Shown here piece by piece: positions 51,985 through 61,459 of a DNA stretch of 64,000 nucleotides (the stretch's first letter is position 1; each line of letters begins with the position of its first letter). Under the pieces are notes generated by a model. That model saw nothing but the letters and a program-made list of their open reading frames with translations. It had not been told where the DNA came from and ran no database searches. Both the position numbers and the translations under genes were made by a program. This DNA comes from an uncultured Verrucomicrobiae bacterium (GTDB lineage Bacteria > Verrucomicrobiota > Verrucomicrobiia > Limisphaerales > CAVQOW01), in contig CAVQOW010000016.1 in assembly GCA_963714605.1 (NCBI GenBank), positions 6,845-70,844 on the forward strand. Reading direction: 5' to 3'.

Positions 51985-54900
51985 ATGAACACGGGCCGTG
52001 GAGTTGTCTGTCGGGGGTTCATCGGGGTGCAGTTCGGGCCACCGCACGCAAAGTCCATATTCTTCACGCTGCCGATGTTTCGGCGCAACAGTTTCCCCGG
52101 TCAAATTTCACAAAGATTTCAACACGTGAAAACGATTCTATTGGTTGGATGCCTCGCTGCTGGCGTTCTGGCGCAAGCAATGGCTGAGGGTGGGACAAGT
52201 GCCGGCTATACTCCACCCGTTGCCAACGCCGACACGTTTTATCGGTCGCCAGGCCTTTCTCTCAAGATCACCCAAACCAGCCTGTTGGCCAATGACACGG
52301 ATGGGGGTGCACCTCCTATCGGATGGGGTGGCCTGGACAACGGCGGCATCACGGCCAATGGCGTGTCTCTGATGACTGACAGCACCACCATCTATTACAC
52401 CAACGGGCTGAGTGTGAATGACAGCTTTAATTACTGGATTACCAACAGTGCCGGCTGGGCGGCAACCAATGTGGTGAGCATCATCACCAATTGCGTGTCT
52501 GGTTCTGCCACGGCCCCAGCGAGCGTCTCGGCGGGAACGGCGATGGTAGGCTTTGCTGGTGTGCCAGGCTATACCTATGAAGTGCAGCGCTCGACGAACG
52601 TATCGTTCACTAACTGGGTGGTCATAGTGGTGACGAACACCCCGGACTTTGGGCTGTTCAAAGTCGTTGATAATTTCCCGGATTTTGGAGGCCAGTCCCC
52701 CTCTCAAGCGTACTATCGATTGCGGTTTGTGCATGTCGGTGCGCCTGTTTCGGCGGTTCCCGTAATCGCCACACAACCAACGAATCTGACGGTTGCAGTC
52801 GGCGAGAACCCAACATTTCATGTGATAGCCAGCAGCACGCTTCCGCTGAGTTATCAGTGGTATTTCAACAATACGACGCAGGTTGGAGCGACCAATTCGA
52901 TGCTCACGATCACCAATGCTCAGACGAGCAACGCTGGCAACTACTTCGTTGTCGTAGCCAATAATTGCGGCTCGGTGACCAGTTCCAAAGCGTTGCTGAC
53001 GGTAAATCCGCCGCTGCCCTGCGCACCTGCGGCATGGGGTCTGGTCAGTTGGTGGCAGGGAGAAGAAAATACTTTTGCCTATGACATTGCAGGCTTCAAC
53101 GACGGCGAGTTGGAAGGAGGAATTGGTTTTGCTGCCGGCATGGTGGGACAGGCGTTCAATTTTACCGACACGAACATGGATGTTCGCATTCCAGCCAGTT
53201 CCAGCCTCGATGTGGGAGCCGGCGACGGATTTACGGTCGAAGGGTGGATCAATTCCCCGGATGTTTCCATTTATCAGCCCATAGTGGAGTGGAATGACGG
53301 TGCGGGTTCATGGGGAGTTCATTTCTATATTTCACAAGATGCAGGTCCTGGTTCGTTATGCGCCAACATCGTGGACACGGATGGGTATTGGCATCAAATA
53401 AGCACCCCGGTCGCCCCCCTCACCAACAATGTCTTTCAACATGTGGCGTTGACATATGATAAAGCCTGGGGAGTGGCGACCATTTATTGCGACGGCGGGG
53501 TGATAGCGCAGCAGGACTTGGGGTGTTTCACGCCACTGACAACATTTCCTTTGTATTTGGGCAGACGACCTCCCGGTTGTCCTGATGCCTACACCTTTGC
53601 GGGGTTAATGGATGAAATCTCGCTTTACAATCGCGCCCTGTCCCCCGACGAAATCGCAGCCATTTACAATGCTGGCTGTGCGGGCAAGTGCATGCTGACA
53701 CCGACCGCTCCGTCCATTATTGTCCAGCCCATCGATCAGGCGGTGAATGTCGGTGACACAGCGACGTTCGTGGTGTTGGCCATGGGCACGCGGCCTGTAA
53801 GTTTTCAGTGGCTGTTCAACGACACGAATATCATTGGGGGAGGCACCAGTGACACCCTGACGTTGGCCAATGTTCAGCCGGGTCAGGCGGGCAATTATTC
53901 CGTACTGGTGACCAACGACTATGGTTCGGTGATGAGCAGCGACGCAATCCTGACGGTTATTCCGATTCCGCCTGAAATCTCTTCGCAGCCAACAGATCAA
54001 ACCGTAACTATGGGTGATACAGCAACGTTTATTGTGGCAGCCAACGGATCACCGCCGTTGAGTTACCAATGGAATTTCAACGGGACGAATCTTGTCGGCG
54101 CGACAAATGCCTTGCTGACGTTGACCGATGTCCAGCCGGGTCAGGCGGGCAATTACGCCGTGCTGGTGACCAACGACTTTGGTTCGGTGACCAGTTTGCT
54201 CGCCATGCTGACGGTGTGTATTCCGCCTTCGATCACGATGCAACCGACAAATCAGCAGGTTTCACTCAGTCAGAGCGCCACCTTTTCTGTCGTTGCCAGC
54301 GCCACGGCACCGATGAGTTGTCAATGGTATTTCAATTCTGAAGCAGTGATTGACGCAACCAATGCGACGATGACACTTCACAACGCGCAGACCACCCGTT
54401 CAGGCAACTGTTTTGTAGTTGTAACCAATGACTGCGGAACAGTGACAAGCACGGTGGTTGTATTGGAAGTTTCAACGCCCGTCATTCCGAGGATTGCCGC
54501 CGGTCGCAAACATACGTTGGCATTGAAATCCGACAGGACCGTGCTGGCCAGTGGATCGAATGGCAATGGACAATGCGGGAATGGCACAACCGAACTGGCC
54601 ACCAATCTGGTAAGCGTGTTGAATCTCAGCAATGTGGTTGGCATAGCGGCTGGCGAGTTGTTTGGCATGGCTTGGAAATCCGACGGAACCGCTTGGGTCT
54701 GGGGGGACAACCAAAGCGGCCAGTTGGGGGACGGCCACGTTAATCACGATGAATCGGCGCCGATTCAAGTGACCAATCTGAACTCGGTTCCGATTATTGC
54801 GATGGCTGGCGGCGACCAGCACAGTCTGGCGTTGGCATCTAATGCAACGGTGTGGGCATGGGGTACGAATGATTTTGGGCAGTTAGGGGATGGAACGACC

Positions 54901-55734
54901 ACCCAACGCTTAATGCCCGTCCAAGTGACCAATCTGGATTCGGTGACCGCGATTGCTGCGGGTGGCGAACATAGTCTTGCCCTCAAATCCGATGGAACAG
55001 TGTGGGCGTGGGGAGAGGGAGACAGCGGACGGTTGGGAAATGGGAGCGAAGAAGATCAGTTCACTGCGGTGCAGGTTGTTGGCTTGAGCAACGTCATGGC
55101 GATTGCAGGCGGGGGCAGGCACAGTCTGGCGCTCAAGAACGACTTTACCGTTTGGGCATGGGGAAACAATGAATACGGCCAACTGGGAGATGGGAGCATT
55201 TCAAACCGATGGATTTTGGTTCCAGTGACCAATCTCAGTTCGGTTATTGCGATCGCTGGGGGTGGTGAACATAGTGTCGCCCTCAAATCCGATGGGACCG
55301 TGTGGGCATGGGGAGACAACAGCATTGGCCAGTTGGGCAATTGCACTACAAATGACTCAACGATACCGGTGCAGGTCAGCGGGCTGTCCAACGTGGTAGC
55401 CATCGCTGCTTCTCATGAACACAACGTCGCTCTGAAATCCGATGGCACATTGGTTGTCTGGGGCTATCCAGTGCAGGAAAACGACTACAATTCCTGCCCG
55501 GTGACGCTGGAGTCGGAGGTGCATTTGATTGACGACTCTGACGGCAACGGTTTACCAGACTGGTGGGAGTGGTATTATTTCGGCCACTTGGGCGTGGATC
55601 CCAATGCTGACCCCGACGGTGACGGACGGAGCAATCTGATGGAATATCTGGATGGGACCGACCCGAATTTTCCAGACTTCAATCCAGACATCAAAAACCT
55701 CATTCAACTACAAGTTTACACCCCACTGCAATAA
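51985..55734 (+). CDS. giant secreted multidomain protein: cadherin-like, LamG, 5 Ig-like, about 7 RCC1 repeats, TSP3/dockerin-like Ca-binding tail
   Basis: Intact 1249-aa ORF. It has ANDTDGG; LVSWWQGEEN...LMDEISLYNRALSPDEIAAIYNAG; repeated P.I..QP.DQ.V..GDTATF.V.A.G..P.SYQW.FN; RCC1 repeats (HSLALKSDGTVWAWG.N..GQLGDG); and the tail DSDGNGLPDWWE...DPDGDGRSNLMEY. The start may be ATG 52075. Confidence 0.8.
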   Translation: MNTGRGVVCRGFIGVQFGPPHAKSIFFTLPMFRRNSFPGQISQRFQHVKTILLVGCLAAGVLAQAMAEGGTSAGYTPPVANADTFYRSPGLSLKITQTSLLANDTDGGAPPIGWGGLDNGGITANGVSLMTDSTTIYYTNGLSVNDSFNYWITNSAGWAATNVVSIITNCVSGSATAPASVSAGTAMVGFAGVPGYTYEVQRSTNVSFTNWVVIVVTNTPDFGLFKVVDNFPDFGGQSPSQAYYRLRFVHVGAPVSAVPVIATQPTNLTVAVGENPTFHVIASSTLPLSYQWYFNNTTQVGATNSMLTITNAQTSNAGNYFVVVANNCGSVTSSKALLTVNPPLPCAPAAWGLVSWWQGEENTFAYDIAGFNDGELEGGIGFAAGMVGQAFNFTDTNMDVRIPASSSLDVGAGDGFTVEGWINSPDVSIYQPIVEWNDGAGSWGVHFYISQDAGPGSLCANIVDTDGYWHQISTPVAPLTNNVFQHVALTYDKAWGVATIYCDGGVIAQQDLGCFTPLTTFPLYLGRRPPGCPDAYTFAGLMDEISLYNRALSPDEIAAIYNAGCAGKCMLTPTAPSIIVQPIDQAVNVGDTATFVVLAMGTRPVSFQWLFNDTNIIGGGTSDTLTLANVQPGQAGNYSVLVTNDYGSVMSSDAILTVIPIPPEISSQPTDQTVTMGDTATFIVAANGSPPLSYQWNFNGTNLVGATNALLTLTDVQPGQAGNYAVLVTNDFGSVTSLLAMLTVCIPPSITMQPTNQQVSLSQSATFSVVASATAPMSCQWYFNSEAVIDATNATMTLHNAQTTRSGNCFVVVTNDCGTVTSTVVVLEVSTPVIPRIAAGRKHTLALKSDRTVLASGSNGNGQCGNGTTELATNLVSVLNLSNVVGIAAGELFGMAWKSDGTAWVWGDNQSGQLGDGHVNHDESAPIQVTNLNSVPIIAMAGGDQHSLALASNATVWAWGTNDFGQLGDGTTTQRLMPVQVTNLDSVTAIAAGGEHSLALKSDGTVWAWGEGDSGRLGNGSEEDQFTAVQVVGLSNVMAIAGGGRHSLALKNDFTVWAWGNNEYGQLGDGSISNRWILVPVTNLSSVIAIAGGGEHSVALKSDGTVWAWGDNSIGQLGNCTTNDSTIPVQVSGLSNVVAIAASHEHNVALKSDGTLVVWGYPVQENDYNSCPVTLESEVHLIDDSDGNGLPDWWEWYYFGHLGVDPNADPDGDGRSNLMEYLDGTDPNFPDFNPDIKNLIQLQVYTPLQ

Positions 55735-55758
55735 TGGTTGCTGAAAACCAAAGGGAAA

Positions 55759-56778
55759 ATGAAAAAGATGATGATTAATTTTCAGTTTAGACAACAGAAA
55801 TCGTTTGCCTGTTTTCTTGCTTGGAGCAAACGTACTGGGATCAAAAGTAGAAAACGCCTGACTTGGTTGGCAGTGCTGTTTTCAGCAGCAGCTTTGGTCA
55901 CGGGCCAGACTGTCGCCGACGAATCATCCTGCACGAAATCCTATATCGAATATCGCAGTTGCTCTGAGAGTAAACCGTGGTGTGGTTTCGACACGTATAT
56001 GCCAACAGTGCCTAAGATGAAATACCTGTGCGAGACGATCACAGAAAATGTGGGATCTTACTCCGTCGGGAGCGGATTGGGGTATTCTGTTGGGTTCGGC
56101 AAGCAGCTCTCGGCGCCCGGCACGGTAAAATATTCTGCTTCCGCAGATCCGGCTGTTGGAAATAATGGTTGGAGTGCGGCGGTCAGTCCTTTGGAACTGG
56201 GACGGCTCCGCGGTTTCGGTCAGTCTTCAGATTCAATAACGGCTCATCTTAATTACGAGGCGGTGTGTTATATCCTAAACGACCAGTTTTATGGGCATAG
56301 CGCAGGTTATGGTGGCATCGCGTATGATCCTGATCCCGATGGAAAGGTGATAAATACCTGGTCAAAAGATTGCGTTTGGAGCGGCTCTACGAACAGTCCA
56401 CTTATTGTGTTTGACGGGGCGTTAAACAGTCTCCCTTCTTATCTCAGTCCTACCTGTGCCGTTTTTACGAATATGTCCAACCACTTGCCGGCAGGCCGCA
56501 CTTATACCCTCTCCACCCCATACAGTCTGGAGGATGTGGAAGATGCGATTCTGGCTGACCTCGCCAACTGCCCCACGGATGCGTGGTCGCGGAATCCAAT
56601 ATCAGCAGAAAGCACATTAAGTGACGATCCCGTAACGGATACCGTAACAATTAGAAAGGTTGGTTATCGCATTAATTTCAACAGCGAACCTGACGCCAAT
56701 TATCTTGTCACTTGGGATGTTGTTGTCAGCTACGATGACGGGCGGTCGGAGCGACATCATGGCCTTGCCCCGATTTGA
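55759..56778 (+). pseudogene. hypothetical secreted protein, 3' end truncated by the IS3 element
   Basis: It begins about 25 bp after the giant gene (an alternative TTG lies 4 bp after it). Signal sequence LTWLAVLFSAAALVTGQTVA. The last 6 codons plus the stop are encoded by the IS terminal repeat. No family recognised. Confidence 0.5.
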
Positions 56779-56813
56779 TGGACAGTGTGTGAGTGCATGA
56801 GGCACGGGGTTTT

Positions 56814-57653
56814 TTAGTTGAGTTGGGTTTCAAAGTCCACAGGGGATTTATAGCCGAGGGCGCTGTGGAGCCGCTCCCGGTTGTAAAAGATTTCAATCCA
56901 TTCAAAGATCGCCGTGCGCGCTTCCTGGCGCGTGGCGAAATGAGTCCGATGTATCAGTTCGCGTTTGAGGATGCTCCAGAAGCTTTCCATGAGCGCGTTG
57001 TCATAACAGTTGCCGCGCCGACTCATGCTCGGGATGACACCCGCCCGCGCGAGCCGTTGCCGATAAGCCTCGCTGGCATATTGGACACCCCGATCGGAAT
57101 GATGGACCAGTCCCGCAGGCGGACAACGATGCGCCAAGGCCATCTCCAAAGCAGCCAGCGGCAGCGGGGTGGCCAGACTCTCGCCCATCGCCCAACCGAC
57201 GCAACGGCGGGTGCAGCGATCCAAAACCCCGGCGACGTAGAGCCAACCTTCGTCGGTGTTCACGTAAGTGATGTCGGCCACCCAAACCGCATCGCGGTGG
57301 ACCGGTGCTGCGACTTGGCGCAGCCGATTGGGCGCGATGGGCAGATCGTGGTTGCTGTCGGTCAGACTCAGCGCCCGAAAGCGGCGGCGCGTCTGACTGC
57401 GCAAACAGGCTGCGCGCATGATCCGGGCAATGCGATGGCGTCCGCAAGGGTGTCCGCGTTGTTGCAGCCATTGATGCACCCGTGGGCTGCCGTAAGTCCG
57501 GCGGCTTTCCAGGTGCGCTTGTTCGATGAGCGGCAACAGTACCGCGTTGGCTTGCGCACGCGGCCCGGGTCGCCGAGAGGCCCAAGCGTGATAGCCACTG
57601 CGCGTCACCTTCAACGCCTGGCACAACTCGGCAATAGGATATTCGGGGTGCAT
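56814..57653 (-). CDS. IS3-family transposase OrfB (DDE/rve integrase core)
   Basis: VWVADITYV...HHSDRGVQYAS...GNCYDNALMESFW...YNRERLHSALGY. Confidence 0.9.
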   Translation of the reverse strand: MHPEYPIAELCQALKVTRSGYHAWASRRPGPRAQANAVLLPLIEQAHLESRRTYGSPRVHQWLQQRGHPCGRHRIARIMRAACLRSQTRRRFRALSLTDSNHDLPIAPNRLRQVAAPVHRDAVWVADITYVNTDEGWLYVAGVLDRCTRRCVGWAMGESLATPLPLAALEMALAHRCPPAGLVHHSDRGVQYASEAYRQRLARAGVIPSMSRRGNCYDNALMESFWSILKRELIHRTHFATRQEARTAIFEWIEIFYNRERLHSALGYKSPVDFETQLN

Positions 57654-57658
57654 GGCTT

Positions 57659-57985
57659 TTATCCGATCAAACCGCTGTCGGCCGGTTCGGAGATTATACC
57701 CAATGTTTTTTTTAGAATGTCACGCTGCTGCGCGACCCGCCGCAGCTCCTTTTGCAACCGGCGGTTCTCGGCTTGCAGGGCTTCGAGCGTGCTGGCCACC
57801 TGGCCAGCCGGCAGGGCTTTGAACTGCTGCTTCCACTGGTGCAGGCTTTGAACGTTGATGCCCAGTTCGGCGGCAATGATCCGCCCGGACTTGCCGGAGA
57901 GCATCCAGTGCTCCACGGCCTGACGCTTGAAGGCTTCGTCGTATCGCTTGTATTTACGGGTCGGGGTGTTTTCGGTAGTGTTCAT
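57659..57985 (-). CDS. IS3-family transposase OrfA (HTH)
   Basis: The sequence is RKYKRYDEAFKRQAVEHWMLSGKSGRIIAAELGINVQSLHQWKQQF plus a leucine-zipper-like tail. Confidence 0.9.
   Translation of the reverse strand: MNTTENTPTRKYKRYDEAFKRQAVEHWMLSGKSGRIIAAELGINVQSLHQWKQQFKALPAGQVASTLEALQAENRRLQKELRRVAQQRDILKKTLGIISEPADSGLIG
57706..57713 (-). promoter_or_regulatory. programmed -1 ribosomal frameshift site (A AAA AAA A) joining OrfA to OrfB
   Basis: An A8 run on the minus strand. The -1 frame is open from here (KKNIGYNLRTGRQRFDRIKAM...) into orfB. Confidence 0.65.
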
Positions 57986-58057
57986 GTGTGCTAACCCTTA
58001 GCTCACACAATCACACATCCACTGTCCACCAAATCGGGGCAAGGCCACTGCTTTGGC

Positions 58058-58491
58058 GCGGCGTGCTGCTCGTCGAACATAAAAGTTTTGGCGAAGACCT
58101 CGGCAAAGCGAAGGCACAGGCGTTTAATTACATCCAGGACCTCGCCAACGAAGGCCGTCACGCTGAAATCCCGCGCTACATTATTGTCTCCGATTTCGCG
58201 CGCGTCGCGTTGCACGACCTTGAGCCGGAGGAACAGCGTGACCTGCCACTCTTCGACAAACGGCGCGGCACGACCATTGAATTTCCACTCGCCGATTTTC
58301 ACAAATATATCCACGCCTTCGCCTTCATTCCCGGCTACAAGCAGCACACTTACAAGGAAGAAGACCCGATCAACATCAAAGCCGCCGAAATTCTCGGCAA
58401 TCTTCACGACGCCCTCGAAGCCGGCGGCTACACCGGCCACGACTTGAACGAAATTCCCACGCACGACAGATTCATTGTCTCCGCTGCATAA
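58058..58491 (+). pseudogene. N-terminal fragment of an MmeI-family (type IIL) restriction-modification enzyme gene
   Basis: LLWRGVLLVEHKSFGEDLGKAKAQAFNYIQDL...PRYIIVSDFARVALHDL...IEFPLADFHKYIHAFAFIPGY...LEAGGYTGHDL carries the nuclease-domain ExK motif. The first 60-70 aa are removed by the IS3 end. Similarity stops near 58447. Confidence 0.6.
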
Positions 58492-59401
58492 ATTTGTTAA
58501 AAACCAATACGTGAACCGCACCAACAAAACGATCAGAACGAATTTTGGCGACTACAAAAAGGACGCTCACAATTGGATTACTTTGGCGACGGGCGAATAT
58601 TACCCGGACATTCTGCCCCACGCTTGCGAATTGTATAAGCCGGTTCTCGTCGTGTTCGGACGGATTCTCAAATCTTCGGAATCTTCCGCAGCTTTATTCC
58701 GACAAATTTGCGAGGTGTCTGAAGGCTGGATGCGAATTCAACTCGCGCGCGTCTTTCGCAAATACGTCAGTCCGAATACACCAGTCGAGATGTTGAAAAG
58801 GAAAAGCTCGTGCGAACAGATAATCAAACATTTTGGAAAAGAATTCCGCCCGGTTCAGGAGGTTCAAAAGGCATACGCAACACGTCCGATTCCAGATGAG
58901 GCGCTTTGCGCGGTTCTTTGGGAATACAAAGATCGCGGCAAAAAGGGATACGATCTGACCGCAAAGCTTTTTCAAACATTACGCGAGCGGTTTCCTTCTC
59001 TGACGGTGAAAGGGCCGGAAGGAGCAGGAAAGGACATCATGCTCCATGATGTTTTCGCCGGCTATTCGAATCTTTCGCGTCCTGTGGATTTCGTCATTTT
59101 CGATGAAGATAAAACTTCGATTCTCGCCATTGGTTTAGCGCGATACGATTCTGACCGAGGCGGTGCTCAAGAAGATGATCGCACCGGAGGTTACTTCAAT
59201 GCAGCTCAAGAACTATTCATGTATACGAAGCTGAACAAGCTTCGGACGAAGTTGATTTTCTTAAACGACGGACCGGGGCTTTTGCTTGGCTCAATGTGGG
59301 ACGACTACGCACGACTTGAGCAAAGCCAAAAGGGGAAGATTGTGGTTCTTACGCTGCGAATGATACCGGAGCGATTGACTATGGACTGGTTGCGAAGCTG
59401 A
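58475..59401 (+). CDS. putative PD-(D/E)xK restriction endonuclease partnered with the downstream methyltransferase (family not recognised)
   Basis: 308-aa ORF with a TTG start, 9 bp upstream of the MTase gene. The candidate motif is D in IMLHDVF followed 18 aa later by FVIFDEDK. It is AT-richer than its surroundings. Confidence 0.45.
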   Translation: MSPLHKFVKNQYVNRTNKTIRTNFGDYKKDAHNWITLATGEYYPDILPHACELYKPVLVVFGRILKSSESSAALFRQICEVSEGWMRIQLARVFRKYVSPNTPVEMLKRKSSCEQIIKHFGKEFRPVQEVQKAYATRPIPDEALCAVLWEYKDRGKKGYDLTAKLFQTLRERFPSLTVKGPEGAGKDIMLHDVFAGYSNLSRPVDFVIFDEDKTSILAIGLARYDSDRGGAQEDDRTGGYFNAAQELFMYTKLNKLRTKLIFLNDGPGLLLGSMWDDYARLEQSQKGKIVVLTLRMIPERLTMDWLRS

Positions 59402-59410
59402 AGAAATCCT

Positions 59411-60835
59411 ATGGCGACCGGCATTCCAAAATCAAAAACCAACGGCTCAGGACAGAGTCAACATGACGAGCACACAGACGGCGAACTGCATTTAAGTTAC
59501 GAAGGAAAGCGTAGCATTTTCGAAATCATTGCAGACTGTCCAAGAACAAAGCTGACGGTCGTGCAACCGCCTAAGATTTCACACGGCTGGACGAACAGAC
59601 TGTATTTCGGTGATAACTTCCCAGTCCTCGGATCGCTTTTGGATGACGCGTCCGTTCGTGGCCAAGTGTCACTCGTCTATATTGACCCGCCATATTCGAC
59701 AAATAGCGTCTTTGAATCGCGCCAACAGAAAGTGGCCTATCACGATTTGGTTTCTGGCGCGGCATTTGTGGAGTCCCTCAGAGAAAGGCTGATTTTGCTT
59801 CGCGAGTTGCTTTCAGATCGCGGCTCAATCTACGTCCACCTTGACGAAAACATGGCGTTCCCAATGAAAATCGTCATGGACGAGGTTTTCGGTGCTGAAA
59901 ACTTCCGCAACATCATCACGCGGAAGAAATGTAACACTAAAAATTATACGCGTCGCACTTACGGAAACATTTCCGATTTCATCCTCTTTTATTCAAAGAC
60001 CGAAATCTACGTCTGGAATCGCCCTGTCATCGCTTGGTCTGAAGATAAAGGGAAGAAGGAATACACCTATATAGAAGCGTCAACGGGCCGAAGATTCAAA
60101 AAAGTCCCGGTGCATGCGCCCGGCGTTCGGAATGGCGAAACCGGAAAGCCCTGGCGGGGGGTGTTGCCACCGCCAGGCAAGCATTGGCAATATCCGCCAG
60201 CCGTCTTGGAAGAAATGGATCGTCGCGGCGAAATCTTTTGGTCGTCCAACGGCAATCCTCGTCGAAAAATATATTTGGATGAAAGCGACGGCATTCCCGT
60301 CCAAGACATCTGGCTCGATTTCAAAGACGCTCACAACCAGAACATCGAGATCACCGGCTATCCAACGGAAAAAAACATCGAAATGTTGGAGCAGATCATC
60401 AGCGCATCTTCCGAGCCGGGAGATTTAGTGTTGGACTGCTTTGCTGGTTCGGGAACAACGCTTGCCGCTGCCGGGAATTTGGGGCGGCATTGGATTGGAA
60501 TCGATAATAGCAAAGAAGCGATTAGCGCGATTGTAAACCGATTGCGGTTTGGCAGCCAGCCAATGGGTGATTTTGTAACGAAGAAGAGAACGCCTGCGGC
60601 GGACAATCATTTGGAACTCTTTAGCGGCGTAGTGGAAGTTGAACAAAGAAAGGCGACAAATGGAACTGCCGACGATTTTTGTCTGTATCGCACAGCCGAC
60701 GCAATGGAGTTTGAGCCGCAACCCGATAATATTTTTGCATTGAGAGATAAGCCCGCGAAACGAAAAGTTTCCAAGCAACTTAATAAGGTTGTTTACAAAA
60801 TTTCTCGCAAACGTTCAGCCCAAAAGAAGAAATGA
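59411..60835 (+). CDS. beta-class (N6-adenine or N4-cytosine) DNA methyltransferase, Type II/III Mod-like
   Basis: Catalytic motif IV VSLVYIDPPYSTN precedes the AdoMet motif I DLVLDCFAGSGTTLAAAGNLGRHWIGID. GYPTEKN is also present. 474 aa. Confidence 0.9.
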   Translation: MATGIPKSKTNGSGQSQHDEHTDGELHLSYEGKRSIFEIIADCPRTKLTVVQPPKISHGWTNRLYFGDNFPVLGSLLDDASVRGQVSLVYIDPPYSTNSVFESRQQKVAYHDLVSGAAFVESLRERLILLRELLSDRGSIYVHLDENMAFPMKIVMDEVFGAENFRNIITRKKCNTKNYTRRTYGNISDFILFYSKTEIYVWNRPVIAWSEDKGKKEYTYIEASTGRRFKKVPVHAPGVRNGETGKPWRGVLPPPGKHWQYPPAVLEEMDRRGEIFWSSNGNPRRKIYLDESDGIPVQDIWLDFKDAHNQNIEITGYPTEKNIEMLEQIISASSEPGDLVLDCFAGSGTTLAAAGNLGRHWIGIDNSKEAISAIVNRLRFGSQPMGDFVTKKRTPAADNHLELFSGVVEVEQRKATNGTADDFCLYRTADAMEFEPQPDNIFALRDKPAKRKVSKQLNKVVYKISRKRSAQKKK

Positions 60836-61188
60836 GTTATTGGCCGAGTCCGATGCCGGAGCAGCGCGGGCAGTGCTGGCCGCGCGCGAACCGCATTTGC
60901 CGCCGCGCGGCCTTCGGCGCGCTCGCCGACCTTTACGACCCGCTCTCCATGCCGCCCGCCCTTGCCAAAGCCCACGCCGAACTGGATCGCGCCGTCGAGA
61001 AATGTTACCGCCCAGAACCCTTCGACTCTGATCGCCAGCGCGTGGAATTCCTTTTTGCCCTTTACGAAAAACTCACCGCGCCGCTGCTACCCGTCACGCC
61101 CAAAACCAAAAGCCGACGGTCACAGATCGCCACTACAACGCCGCGTCCGCGTAAACAGCGCACGCCAGGCTTGCCAGACCAGACTTGA
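60836..61188 (+). pseudogene. C-terminal fragment of the same MmeI-family gene (one frame break near 60910)
   Basis: ...LLAESDAGAARAVLAAREPH / ALADLYDPLSMPPALAKAHAELDRAVEKCYRPEPFDSDRQRVEFLFALYEKLTAPL matches the MmeI-family C-terminal domain as I remember it. It starts right at the MTase stop. Confidence 0.55.
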
Positions 61189-61459
61189 TTGCCGTTGCGC
61201 TTAACTCGATTGCGCGTCGGCAGCCAACCGTGACCGGAAATCCACCGGCCGCAATTTTGGTTGCGCATGGCGTTGTTAATCCCCCTCGTTCCTTTTCCCA
61301 ATCATCCAGAGACGGCATGGTGACTTCGGCTTGTTTGGCATATTCGCTCCTATTCCGCATTGGGTCCGGCGATTTGTCGTCCATTTTCGGCCAATTCGCC
61401 GGTTATTTTGATTTATTTTATACAAATTTCCCGCTTCCGGTGTCTATGAATCGAAAACC

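Larger units (their letters stand above)
56760..58057 (-). mobile_element. IS3-family insertion sequence, 1298 bp, apparently intact
   Basis: 28-bp terminal inverted repeats TGGCCTTGCCCCGATTTGRTGGACAGTG (27 of 28), starting TG and ending CA. It has orfA + orfB with an A8 slippery run. No flanking target duplication. Confidence 0.9.

Noticed and set aside
61133-61384. 83-aa minus-strand ORF downstream of the MmeI-family stub
   Set aside because: It overlaps the stub's 3' end and has no recognisable domain or start context. Kept as non-coding.
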